From a virus: DNA of 37,452 nt. Positions 1 through 7,220 of the stretch are shown one piece after another. Both the position numbers and the translations under genes were made by a program. The notes under the pieces are model-generated. The model was not told where the DNA came from, made no database searches, and was given only the letters and a program-made list of their open reading frames with translations. The stretch lies in the IMG/VR virus record IMGVR_UViG_3300021255_000078, positions 1-37,452 of that record; one strand, 5' to 3'. The number at the start of each line of letters is the position of its first letter. The stretch's first letter is position 1.

Positions 1-24
1 GTGTACAGCCTGCCGGAAAAAACC
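1..24. repeat. Direct terminal repeat, left copy
   Basis: GTGTACAGCCTGCCGGAAAAAACC is identical to 37429-37452. The window is therefore one circularly closed 37,428-bp unit (assembly overlap or short terminal redundancy). Confidence 0.95.
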
Positions 25-34
25 GTTTTTTCCG
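14..34. repeat. 21-bp perfect palindrome in the HNH-terS intergenic region (candidate cos/terminase-associated or terminator element)
   Basis: CGGAAAAAAC-c-GTTTTTTCCG read directly. It lies between the HNH stop (45) and the terS start (37322, across the circular junction). Confidence 0.6.
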
Positions 35-44
35 ACTGGGGGTA

Positions 45-374
45 TCACCACCGTTCGGGAGTTGTAAAGCCCTGACTTTCGGCATATATCCCTCTTTTAT
101 GTTCCCGTTCGTGACAGTCGTGACATAAAGGCATAAGCTGTATACTGCCGTTGAAAGTCCGTGAATATGCAAGTTCGGGAAAGTCTTTCAATGGCTTGAC
201 ATGATGCACCAGAACCGCCTTTGTATACCGCTTGTTCTGCCTGCACCTGTAACATTCGCCGTGATACTCTTTGATGACCGAACGTGAGAGCCTGCGCCAT
301 TCTCTGGAATTATAGAAGTCTTTTATGTCGCCCGTCCTGATGAGCTGCGTCAACTGTATCGCTGTATATATCAT
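45..374 (-). CDS. HNH endonuclease, terminase-associated
   Basis: 109 aa with the Cys/His box CYRC...HHVKPL...CHDCHEREH. It sits directly upstream (across the junction) of P27-type terS and terL, as in cos-type siphoviruses. Confidence 0.85.
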   Translation of the reverse strand: MIYTAIQLTQLIRTGDIKDFYNSREWRRLSRSVIKEYHGECYRCRQNKRYTKAVLVHHVKPLKDFPELAYSRTFNGSIQLMPLCHDCHEREHKRGIYAESQGFTTPERW

Positions 375-408
375 AAAAAAATAAAGGACAAGTTTTTTAC
401 TTGTCCTT
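375..408 (-). terminator. Rho-independent terminator ending the early/middle operon
   Basis: 10-bp stem AAGGACAAGT/ACTTGTCCTT (384-393/399-408) with a 5-nt loop, followed on the minus strand by TATTTTTTT (383-375). Confidence 0.7.
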
Positions 409-518
409 ATTGTATCATAGATTTTCGTTAAAGTGTATTAACTTTTGGTAATAACTTTCATTGTTTTAGTAAAATTTCAGCAATGACAGACGTTTTAGTT
501 TTTTCCGTGATTGATTGC

Positions 519-818
519 CTATTTCTCGTAATGCTTTGCCAGATAATGCTCAGTAAATCTTATCTCTTTCAGCAGCTCAGAAATTTCTTCCTTGTTTGCG
601 TATTCGATGTACATTTTTCCTTTGTATTTTATGATGACTGTGAAGTCATCACCGTCATCATATATGTCAATGAATAAACCGTAACCGCTTGTAAGTTGCA
701 ACGCATCGCATTTGTGGCGTTCTGTTCCTTTGTAGTAGCGGCTAAAATAATAGCCACTTTCGAGAGCTTCTTCTTCAATTTCCAACTGTGCCGTTGTTAT
801 TATATATTTTTCTTGCAT
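519..818 (-). CDS. Hypothetical protein (99 aa)
   Basis: ATG preceded by GGAGAAAATC. It is the last ORF before the terminator at 375-408. Confidence 0.6.
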   Translation of the reverse strand: MQEKYIITTAQLEIEEEALESGYYFSRYYKGTERHKCDALQLTSGYGLFIDIYDDGDDFTVIIKYKGKMYIEYANKEEISELLKEIRFTEHYLAKHYEK

Positions 819-823
819 GATTT

Positions 824-860
824 TCTCCGTTCTCCCCGTAATCCATAGCCGATAGGACAG
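824..860 (-). promoter_or_regulatory. Conserved leader box, copy 1 of 3
   Basis: Minus-strand CTGTCCTATCGGCTATGGATTACGGGGAGAACGGAGA lies directly upstream of the 818 start. Related boxes are at 18279-18310 and 18671-18702. Confidence 0.6.
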
Positions 861-871
861 CTAAAATATTT

Positions 872-1105
872 TTAATCATCATCAACAAGTAGAATATCTT
901 CCATTCGGCAATTAAGCCGCTTGGATATTGCATAAAGCCTGTGCAGACCGACAACAGGCTTATTTTTATTTCTACTCTGATTGGAAAAGAAAGCACGGTC
1001 ACTCAAATTACATTCACGGCATAACTGCGAAATATTTTTAATTCCTGCTCCTCTCAATCTCTTTTCAATTTCAGGCATATTGAGATAATACTTCAATGTT
1101 ATCAC
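872..1105 (-). CDS. Small helix-turn-helix DNA-binding protein
   Basis: 77 aa. The segment ISQLCRECNLSDRAFFSNQ looks like an HTH. The GTG start overlaps its SD, so the TTG at 1096 is an alternative start. Confidence 0.5.
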   Translation of the reverse strand: MITLKYYLNMPEIEKRLRGAGIKNISQLCRECNLSDRAFFSNQSRNKNKPVVGLHRLYAISKRLNCRMEDILLVDDD

Positions 1106-1302
1106 TCCTTTTGCGGCTCTCTTATTATGTTCCCGTCAGAGTCCATAATCCCGAATTTCTTATCAATCTCAATAGGTGTAAAGTTCTGACGTACTGCAAG
1201 CATATCCGAAAGCCTTTCAATTTCCATGCAAGCCAGTCGGAACGCAAGCACATAGAACTGCTTTTCTCTTTTAAGTCTTTTCATTTTCTGTCTCTGATTC
1301 AT
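1102..1302 (-). CDS. Hypothetical protein (66 aa)
   Basis: ATG with GGAGCAGGAAAA upstream. Its stop overlaps the next gene. Confidence 0.5.
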   Translation of the reverse strand: MNQRQKMKRLKREKQFYVLAFRLACMEIERLSDMLAVRQNFTPIEIDKKFGIMDSDGNIIREPQKE

Positions 1303-1538
1303 TTTTCCTGCTCCTTTCGCAAAGCCTGAAACTGTCCGTAGCTTATACCGATTTTCTTACATTCAGAAACGATTTCATTTATTGAAAGTTTCTTTTCGGT
1401 TGGTTTTTTCGGCTTTTTTCTGACCTTTTCGGGCTTTTTGTTTTTATCATATCCGATTTGATAATATTCGCAGTCATCGGTTGATTTCTCTTTCATATCG
1501 CTGCAAATTGAGATATTCACACATGATGCACATTTCAT
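1299..1538 (-). CDS. Hypothetical protein with N-terminal Cys cluster and C-terminal HTH-like segment
   Basis: 79 aa. SD is AAGGAGGATTCAAA-ATG. Contains CASC...C...C and LSINEIVSECKKIGISYGQFQA. Confidence 0.5.
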   Translation of the reverse strand: MKCASCVNISICSDMKEKSTDDCEYYQIGYDKNKKPEKVRKKPKKPTEKKLSINEIVSECKKIGISYGQFQALRKEQEK

Positions 1539-1789
1539 TTTGAATCCTCCTTATATGCGTCAAAATGTTTTTCAATATTGAGAACATTTTCAACAGCTTT
1601 CTTTCTGTTGTCGGTGAAGTTCATGAGGGTAACTGTTTCGCAGGCTGAACATTCCGCACCGCAGTAATATCCTGCAACGTGTTTCCATAGATAAATGCTT
1701 TTATTTCCGCAGTACGGGCAGTTTATGTTTATGGGTTTGTTCTCACGTTCAAGGAGTCCAATCCCATTTACAAGTTCAAAAATATTCAT
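1535..1789 (-). CDS. Zinc-ribbon protein
   Basis: Contains CPYC...CGAECSAC. The ORF track starts at 1795, but GGAGA abuts that ATG, so the second ATG (1789) has proper spacing. Confidence 0.55.
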   Translation of the reverse strand: MNIFELVNGIGLLERENKPININCPYCGNKSIYLWKHVAGYYCGAECSACETVTLMNFTDNRKKAVENVLNIEKHFDAYKEDSK

Positions 1790-2018
1790 TTTCATTCTCC
1801 TTTTGTTTGTTTTCCGTTTTTAATCCCTCTGCGTTTGCAGCATATCTCCAACAATCACAGCAATAATAATGGGTGTTGCCGTTGTATGGTGGCTTTGAAA
1901 TGTCAAATTCTCTGCCACAATGTTCACATTTTTTGATTGATGTTTCTTTGCTTTCTGTCAGGCTTATATCCTGTTTTCTTTTCATGATTTTTTCAAATGC
2001 ATATGCTTCGTCAATCAT
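1776..2018 (-). CDS. Zinc-ribbon protein
   Basis: 80 aa with CEHCG...CCDC. The start forms an ATGA overlap with the upstream stop. Confidence 0.55.
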   Translation of the reverse strand: MIDEAYAFEKIMKRKQDISLTESKETSIKKCEHCGREFDISKPPYNGNTHYYCCDCWRYAANAEGLKTENKQKENENEYF

Positions 2019-2458
2019 TTTTCATTCTCCTTTTTTAATTTTTTGATTTCGTTTTCCAGTTTCTCCGAACGCTCTTTATAGAAATTATGCCAATAGACTT
2101 CGTTTGCCATAACTTCGTCCTGCATTAACCGACACAGATTATCATAATCAAAAGCCTCACGAAAAAGTATTCCTCTGAGCTTTTCCATTCTGCACGCAAG
2201 CTCCTCGAAATAATCATCATCAAATCCGTTCTTTTCAAGTTCTTCGTTTATTACTGTACTGTTATTGAAGATATAACTGCGGTAATAATCGTCAGACAGT
2301 TTCCAGAGCGTGCTAATCATCTGATTAAGCCTTTTCAGCAAAACAACACATTCAGCAGGCTCATTCACTTCTCCGAGGAGCGGTATTTGTTTGTAATTGT
2401 CTTTTTTTCTTTCGCAGTTGCCGTCCCAACTCGCCTTCTCCATTTTTTCAATATCCAT
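2015..2458 (-). CDS. Hypothetical protein (147 aa)
   Basis: GGAGAATGAAAATG initiation region (track start 2464; second ATG preferred). C-terminal part is coiled-coil. Confidence 0.55.
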   Translation of the reverse strand: MDIEKMEKASWDGNCERKKDNYKQIPLLGEVNEPAECVVLLKRLNQMISTLWKLSDDYYRSYIFNNSTVINEELEKNGFDDDYFEELACRMEKLRGILFREAFDYDNLCRLMQDEVMANEVYWHNFYKERSEKLENEIKKLKKENEK

Positions 2459-2469
2459 TTTCATTCTCC

Positions 2470-2670
2470 TTAAAATTCAATTTCATCATCACAGCACTGA
2501 TATTCGTTTTCTTCCTGAGAAGAATAAACTCTTTCAAGTTCTTCATCATCACAAACATGGTCGAGCGTGAGATATCCGCAAATCAGACAGTGCGAAAAAA
2601 TTCTGTCAAAATCGAAAATATCATCATGCGGAGTTTCACGCTTGCAGCATTCACAATAATCCTTGTACAT
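2470..2670 (-). CDS. Zinc-ribbon protein (66 aa)
   Basis: Contains CECC...CLIC. The track ORF extends to 2745 but overlaps rusA, whereas the internal ATG at 2670 lies 2 nt after the rusA stop. Confidence 0.5.
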   Translation of the reverse strand: MYKDYCECCKRETPHDDIFDFDRIFSHCLICGYLTLDHVCDDEELERVYSSQEENEYQCCDDEIEF

Positions 2671-2674
2671 TAAA

Positions 2675-3094
2675 TCACCTGTTTTCTGTGATGCAGACCT
2701 TAACGCACGGAGAACTGCTGTATTTTTTATGCACTGTAAGTTCAACTATTTGTGAATCGTCATGATATGCAAGCCCGTTGAGAGCATCACAGATTGATTT
2801 TGCGATGTTGTCCGCATCGGGTTTTTTCGTAGGTTTTCTTGTACCATGTTCAATTTCAATCCTTGCATTTCTGCAAAAACTTTCAGGTATGGGAAATTCC
2901 GCACATATAACGACTGACAGCGGAATAACTTTCAGGAACGGCTTAAAATCGGGATATTTCTTTCTGAAAGATAATTTTACAAGCTGTTCGTAATCCGCAG
3001 TTTTTTCGGGAGTGTAAGCGTGACCGTTTTTTGTGAAGCGTGGGCGACCTTTTCCGACAGGTTCGCCGTCAACCGTAAATTCAATGTATGTCAT
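2675..3094 (-). CDS. rusA: RusA-family Holliday junction resolvase
   Basis: Contains GEPVGKGRPRFT...YTP...DADNIAKSICDALNGLAYHDDSQIV, the typical RusA signature. TTG at 3100 or ATG at 3094 could be the start. Confidence 0.85.
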   Translation of the reverse strand: MTYIEFTVDGEPVGKGRPRFTKNGHAYTPEKTADYEQLVKLSFRKKYPDFKPFLKVIPLSVVICAEFPIPESFCRNARIEIEHGTRKPTKKPDADNIAKSICDALNGLAYHDDSQIVELTVHKKYSSSPCVKVCITENR

Positions 3095-3150
3095 TTTCAA
3101 GTCCTTTCAAATTGCTTTTAAATGCCCCTGTAAGCCCCTGAAAGTTTCGG

Positions 3151-3179
3151 AGTATAATTTCACCTGAATTTCTTTTCAA
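3151..3179 (-). promoter_or_regulatory. Sigma-70-type promoter (minus strand) upstream of rusA
   Basis: TTGAAA (3179-3174), 17-nt spacer, TATACT (3156-3151). Confidence 0.55.
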
Positions 3180-3208
3180 GGGCATACGGAGCGATTTCAG
3201 CGTTGTTT

Positions 3209-4678
3209 TCAATCTTCTTCAACCGACAAGATATTATCGTTGAGAATGTCGGAGAGTTCTTCAAGCCTGTGATTGAATTTTTTGAGATTTTTATTTCTCA
3301 AAAAATCGAAAAGCTTGTCCATGCTGTCAATGCAGTTCTGATAATATATCTCAAAAATTGCCGAATTATCGGGGATTTTCTTTGATTCAGACTTTGCCTT
3401 TTCGATTTCGGACTTGAATTTTTGTCGCTCCTGCTCCAACTGGTTTTTAAGTTTCTCGATTTCCTCGGAATTGTCATTCACGGCGACTTCAACGGGACGG
3501 TTTTCGAGTTCTTCAATCTGCTTTTCAAGACTGCTGATTTGCTTTGTGAGTTCCACATTTTCCCTGTTGGTGTCAATCCAGTCCTGACGGTCCTTTTCAA
3601 TTTCTTCAAGCTGTTTTTTGAGTTCGTTTTTCTCCCTCATAAAGTCGGTTTTTTCCTGATTGTGCCTTGTTTTCATGCTGTCGATTTCGCTTGCACTGTC
3701 GGCTTTAAGCTTTTTGATTTCTTCCTTGAGTTCATTAATTTTTGTGGTATCCTCAACAGCGACCTGTTTTGGATTGTTTTCGAGTTCCTGAATCTGTTTT
3801 TCAAGCTGACTGATTTTCTTTACCTGCATTTCCGAATCAGTTTTCAGAACGCTGACTTTTCCCCATGCTTCGGATTCTTTTTTTCTTGAATCTTCGGCAT
3901 TTTTCTCAGCCTGACTTGCTTTTTCGAGAAGTCTGTCATTTGCTTTTTTCAGTTCGGAAATTTTACTTTTGAGTTCCTTGACGGAAGTGCTTTCAAGGTC
4001 GTTATTCTGGATAATTTCCTGTCTTTCGGGTTCATCAAGTTCAGCAAGGAGTGCAAGCTTACTCATTCCAATTTGTGCAGTTGACTGCACAAAATCAACC
4101 GAAAGTTTTTCAGCGACTGCAATATAATTATAGGCTTGTCTGCGCTTGATTCCAAGTTCAGACTGCGTGTAGTCCTCAAAATTCTGATAGCCGAGTTCTT
4201 TGTAAAGCTTACCGTCACGCATTTCTTTCAGCCCTTTGCAGACCTCGAAAAGCGATTCCTGAGCCGCCTGAGCATTGGCACAGATTTTTCTGTGGAGCGA
4301 TACCGCCCTGCTGTAATTTTCGGTGATGATAATTTCCTGATTCTGTGTGATGACCTGATTTTCCATGATATTTTCCTCCTTATTTGAAATCGTCAAATTT
4401 TCCTCGTTGAGCCATTGACATATATATTTTGCCGCCTTGTTCCAAGTCATGAAATACTCGGTTTTTCCGACACTGACGGTCAACTTGTCAAAGAATCCGC
4501 TTGTTATGTAACCACCGTTATTTGTGGCTGAATTGCGGTGATTTTTACGGATAATGTCCGTGAAGTACCCATAAGCCGTTTTCATAGCCTGCTGTTTTTC
4601 CTCCTCGGTAATGAATCCCAGAAGTGCAGGCTTTATCTTTTCGATTTCGGTGATGCCGTCCCATTTGATTTTTTCCAT
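3209..4678 (-). CDS. ParB/KorB-like HTH protein with long coiled-coil tail
   Basis: 489 aa. LGYQNFEDYTQSELGIKRRQAYNYIAVAEKL...GMSKLALLAEL resembles a ParB-type HTH. The C-terminal 250 aa are heptad-rich and contain an internal duplication (LEKQIQELENNPKQVAVED / LEKQIEELENRPVEVAVND). Confidence 0.55.
   Translation of the reverse strand: MEKIKWDGITEIEKIKPALLGFITEEEKQQAMKTAYGYFTDIIRKNHRNSATNNGGYITSGFFDKLTVSVGKTEYFMTWNKAAKYICQWLNEENLTISNKEENIMENQVITQNQEIIITENYSRAVSLHRKICANAQAAQESLFEVCKGLKEMRDGKLYKELGYQNFEDYTQSELGIKRRQAYNYIAVAEKLSVDFVQSTAQIGMSKLALLAELDEPERQEIIQNNDLESTSVKELKSKISELKKANDRLLEKASQAEKNAEDSRKKESEAWGKVSVLKTDSEMQVKKISQLEKQIQELENNPKQVAVEDTTKINELKEEIKKLKADSASEIDSMKTRHNQEKTDFMREKNELKKQLEEIEKDRQDWIDTNRENVELTKQISSLEKQIEELENRPVEVAVNDNSEEIEKLKNQLEQERQKFKSEIEKAKSESKKIPDNSAIFEIYYQNCIDSMDKLFDFLRNKNLKKFNHRLEELSDILNDNILSVEED
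4381..4401 (-). promoter_or_regulatory. 20-nt conserved box, copy inside the 489-aa ORF, preceding an internal SD+ATG (4366)
   Basis: Plus-strand TATTTGAAATCGTCAAATTTT matches the boxes at 33485-33503 and 37334-37354 at 18/20 positions. It is followed by AGGAGG and an in-frame ATG. Confidence 0.6.
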
Positions 4679-4679
4679 T

Positions 4680-5498
4680 TTAAGCCTCCTGTTTTCTGAA
4701 TCTGAAATCCCTTGAATTATCGCTCTGAATGGCTATATTTGTAGATTTTTCCCTGATTCTTCCTGCCGCCGCACCGTCTGACGAATAGTAATCTTTCAGC
4801 GGAATTTCGCTTGAAATTATCGTCTTTTTATCGGCATAATAACGTGCATTGATGATGACATAAGCCTTTTTTACCTCGTTGTATTCCCTGCCGCTGTCCG
4901 AATTTTTGAGAAAGTCGTCAATATAGAGAACGTCAGTGTTTCTGATTTCCTGCAAATAATTTTCATACTCGTCATATCTGAATTTCAGTGCATCGAGTTT
5001 CTGAGAAATATCTGTCCAGAGAAGATATTTCACGTTCCGACCCTGATTCATGAGAGCCTTGCAGACTGCCGTGCAGAGGTGAGTTTTTCCGCAGCCGTGA
5101 ACTCCCGACATATAAAGCCAGCGTTCCGTCACCTGCTGAGTGTAAATAATTGCGGCTTGCTTTGCGGAGGTCTGCCACGGTTCTTCCGCCTTGAAATTTT
5201 CAAAGGATTTTTCAAGGAGATTTCCCAGACCGCTTTTCTGCATGAAAAGGACGGAATTTCTTTTTTTCATGCATTCACATTCCCTTGTGAAGATACTGCC
5301 ATTTTCCTCGTCAAGATACTCAAAACGCCCTCTGTTAAGGCATTTATTGCAGTTTATACCGTCATTTTCATTGAGGTTTCCGACAGTTCGGTTAAACATA
5401 TCGCACTGCCATTTCAGATAGTCATTTCCCGAAAAACTCACATTCGGAACGGGGATATTTTTTTCTCTGAGAATGTCAAAAAACACGCTTGTATTCAT
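4680..5498 (-). CDS. DnaC/IstB-like AAA+ helicase loader
   Basis: Walker A GVHGCGKTH and Walker B VLYIDDF. The ATG at 5498 forms an ATGA overlap with the upstream stop and has a GGGGGAAA SD. Confidence 0.8.
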   Translation of the reverse strand: MNTSVFFDILREKNIPVPNVSFSGNDYLKWQCDMFNRTVGNLNENDGINCNKCLNRGRFEYLDEENGSIFTRECECMKKRNSVLFMQKSGLGNLLEKSFENFKAEEPWQTSAKQAAIIYTQQVTERWLYMSGVHGCGKTHLCTAVCKALMNQGRNVKYLLWTDISQKLDALKFRYDEYENYLQEIRNTDVLYIDDFLKNSDSGREYNEVKKAYVIINARYYADKKTIISSEIPLKDYYSSDGAAAGRIREKSTNIAIQSDNSRDFRFRKQEA

Positions 5499-6214
5499 AT
5501 CATTTTCCCCCACATTTCTTCGTCATAGTAATCGTCTGATGATGTTCCCATGAAATCTTTTTTCGCTGAGTAGTCATCAAGCCAGCACTCCTGAGAAAAC
5601 CACGAAGAACCATGCTTTATGTACTGTGTTTCGGTTCTTTCAGCCTTGATTTTGTTGATATAGGCATTGAGACCGCTGAGAATTGTTTCCTTTGAAGTGC
5701 CGTTTTTTCTTGCCTTGATATAGGCTTTGAGAGCGTTTTTTCTGCCTTCTTTTCTCGGATAGATATTCCAGACTTCCTGAAATTCATCTTCAAAAGCTTT
5801 ATCACTCAGCTTTGCTGAGGAAGAATTATTTGTATTTGTTTTTGTATTTGTATTTGTTTTTGTATTTGCTTCATTTGCTTGATTTTGCTTGTCTTTGCTT
5901 TCGTTTGCTTGATTTTGCTTGTCTTTGCTTTCATTTGCTTGATTTTGCTTTTGCTGACTTATTATACCGCCTTTTCTTCCTGCTTCACGCCTTTTATTGC
6001 TGATTTCCTCATACTTCTCAAAGTTCTGGTCAATACCTTTTTTTAGAATCCTGTACATCAGCTTAATCGGGAAACTGTTTGAATCACTGTCAGTTCCGTA
6101 TGCTGAATAGTGGAGCAATGCACGGAATAATTCACCAAGCTGTTCATTTGTGAAAAGGTCAAGTTCTTCCGCATATTCAAGCGGAACAATGAAATATTTT
6201 CTGTTGTTTTCCAT
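5495..6214 (-). CDS. Replisome organizer / replication initiator-like protein
   Basis: C-terminal FQEVWNIYPRKEGRKNALKAYIKA...GSSWFSQECWLDDY is typical of phage replication-organizer proteins. It lies directly upstream of the DnaC-like gene. The central linker is low-complexity and encoded by tandem repeats. Confidence 0.6.
   Translation of the reverse strand: MENNRKYFIVPLEYAEELDLFTNEQLGELFRALLHYSAYGTDSDSNSFPIKLMYRILKKGIDQNFEKYEEISNKRREAGRKGGIISQQKQNQANESKDKQNQANESKDKQNQANEANTKTNTNTKTNTNNSSSAKLSDKAFEDEFQEVWNIYPRKEGRKNALKAYIKARKNGTSKETILSGLNAYINKIKAERTETQYIKHGSSWFSQECWLDDYSAKKDFMGTSSDDYYDEEMWGKMI
5831..5955. repeat. Tandem repeats / phased iterons inside the organizer gene (candidate ori)
   Basis: 30-bp unit TC(A/G)TTTGCTTGATTTTGCTTGTCTTTGCTT at 5871-5900, 5901-5930 and 5931-5955 (partial). 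TTTGCTT recurs 8 times at exact 10-bp spacing (5874-5950). GTATTTG(T) repeats lie at 5832-5868. Confidence 0.8.
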
Positions 6215-6331
6215 AATGTACTTCCTTTCTGCCCTGTGCAGATAACTAAAATTGTACCTTAAAACTATTTGTACCTAAAAAACCTGCGGGATAAAATCCC
6301 TTTCTGTAAGTGGTTTAAAAAAAGCATTTTC

Positions 6332-6354
6332 TCAATGCAAAACCATTGATTATT
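6332..6354. repeat. 23-nt repeat, copy 1 (TCAATGCAAAACCATTGATTATT)
   Basis: Matches 21760-21782 at 22/23 positions in direct orientation. The core TCAATG-CAAAAC-CATTGA is a 6-6-6 inverted repeat. It lies 50 nt downstream of the 265-aa recombinase stop. Confidence 0.7.
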
Positions 6355-6403
6355 GAAAAATTTTTCTGAAAAAATTACTTCTCATAACTGGGGTTATCCC
6401 TTG

Positions 6404-7201
6404 TTACCAGTTGACAGCTTCATCAACAGCGTTCCTCTGCTGTTCCTGCGACTGCCTGAGATAAATCTGTGTGACCTTCAAATCATTGTGTCCGAGGAGG
6501 TCAGCGAGGAGCGAAATGTTGTTGTTTCGTTTCAGAAACTCGATAGCAAAAAAGTGTCTGAAAGCGTGAGGGTGCATGACCTGTTTCGGAATGTCATATT
6601 TCTTTGAAAATTTTGTCAGCATTCCCGAATATCCCCGTGAAGTCAATGGTTTCCCATAGAAATTCACGGCTATCAAGTCATCATCTTTGAAATTTTCAAG
6701 GTATTCCGAAAGCTCATCACGGAGCGACTTCGGAAAATATACTGTCCTCATATGGGATTTTGTGTACAGGTCAACTCTGCCCGAAATTACGTCTTTTTTA
6801 CGGATTTTCAAAGCTTCTGATATTCTCATTCCCGTCCTTGAAATCAGCAGAATATTATAATACCAGCGCAAATTGTCACGTTTCAGACAGTTCATTAATT
6901 TCTCATACTGCTGAACGCTTATGACATTCTCAATATAGGTCTTTTTCGGCTCTTTTATGGACTTCAATTTCATGGGTATATCTTTATAGTCGCAGTAGCG
7001 GAGCATAGCTGTAATGCGTAAATTGACGGTCTTTGGAGAGAATTTTTCAATCATTTTCTGCTTAAAGTCAATTAAATTTTGTTTTGAAACTCTCTTGTAA
7101 AGTTCGCTGTATTTTTTGACTGCATAAACATATGCATCAATTGTATTTTCTGCGAGTTCTTCTTCACGCAGATACTTCTCAAATCCTTTCAAGTCAATCA
7201 T
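6404..7201 (-). CDS. Tyrosine recombinase, short XerC/D- or invertase-like (265 aa)
   Basis: Contains RISEAL, HPHAFRHF and LGHNDLKVTQIY (R..HxxR..H..Y signature). The ATG at 7201 has an AGGAGA SD. The track extension to 7393 overlaps the upstream gene. Confidence 0.85.
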   Translation of the reverse strand: MIDLKGFEKYLREEELAENTIDAYVYAVKKYSELYKRVSKQNLIDFKQKMIEKFSPKTVNLRITAMLRYCDYKDIPMKLKSIKEPKKTYIENVISVQQYEKLMNCLKRDNLRWYYNILLISRTGMRISEALKIRKKDVISGRVDLYTKSHMRTVYFPKSLRDELSEYLENFKDDDLIAVNFYGKPLTSRGYSGMLTKFSKKYDIPKQVMHPHAFRHFFAIEFLKRNNNISLLADLLGHNDLKVTQIYLRQSQEQQRNAVDEAVNW

Positions 7202-7220
7202 ATTTGTTCTCCTGTTTTTA

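Noticed and set aside
3422-3889. Plus-strand ORFs overlapping minus-strand genes (e.g. 3422..3889, 5079..5528, 12303..12770, 20470..20979, 28149..28604, 29788..30228, 33131..33643, 36778..37212)
   Set aside because: These are shadow frames of clearly coding minus-strand genes. Their composition is Phe/Leu/Ser-rich and low-complexity, and they have no SD and no recognisable motifs.
5831-5955. Possible CRISPR array, suggested by regularly spaced short repeats here and at 20507-20950 and 26098-26282
   Set aside because: All three are in-frame coding tandem repeats with no unique spacers of CRISPR size and no leader or cas genes.
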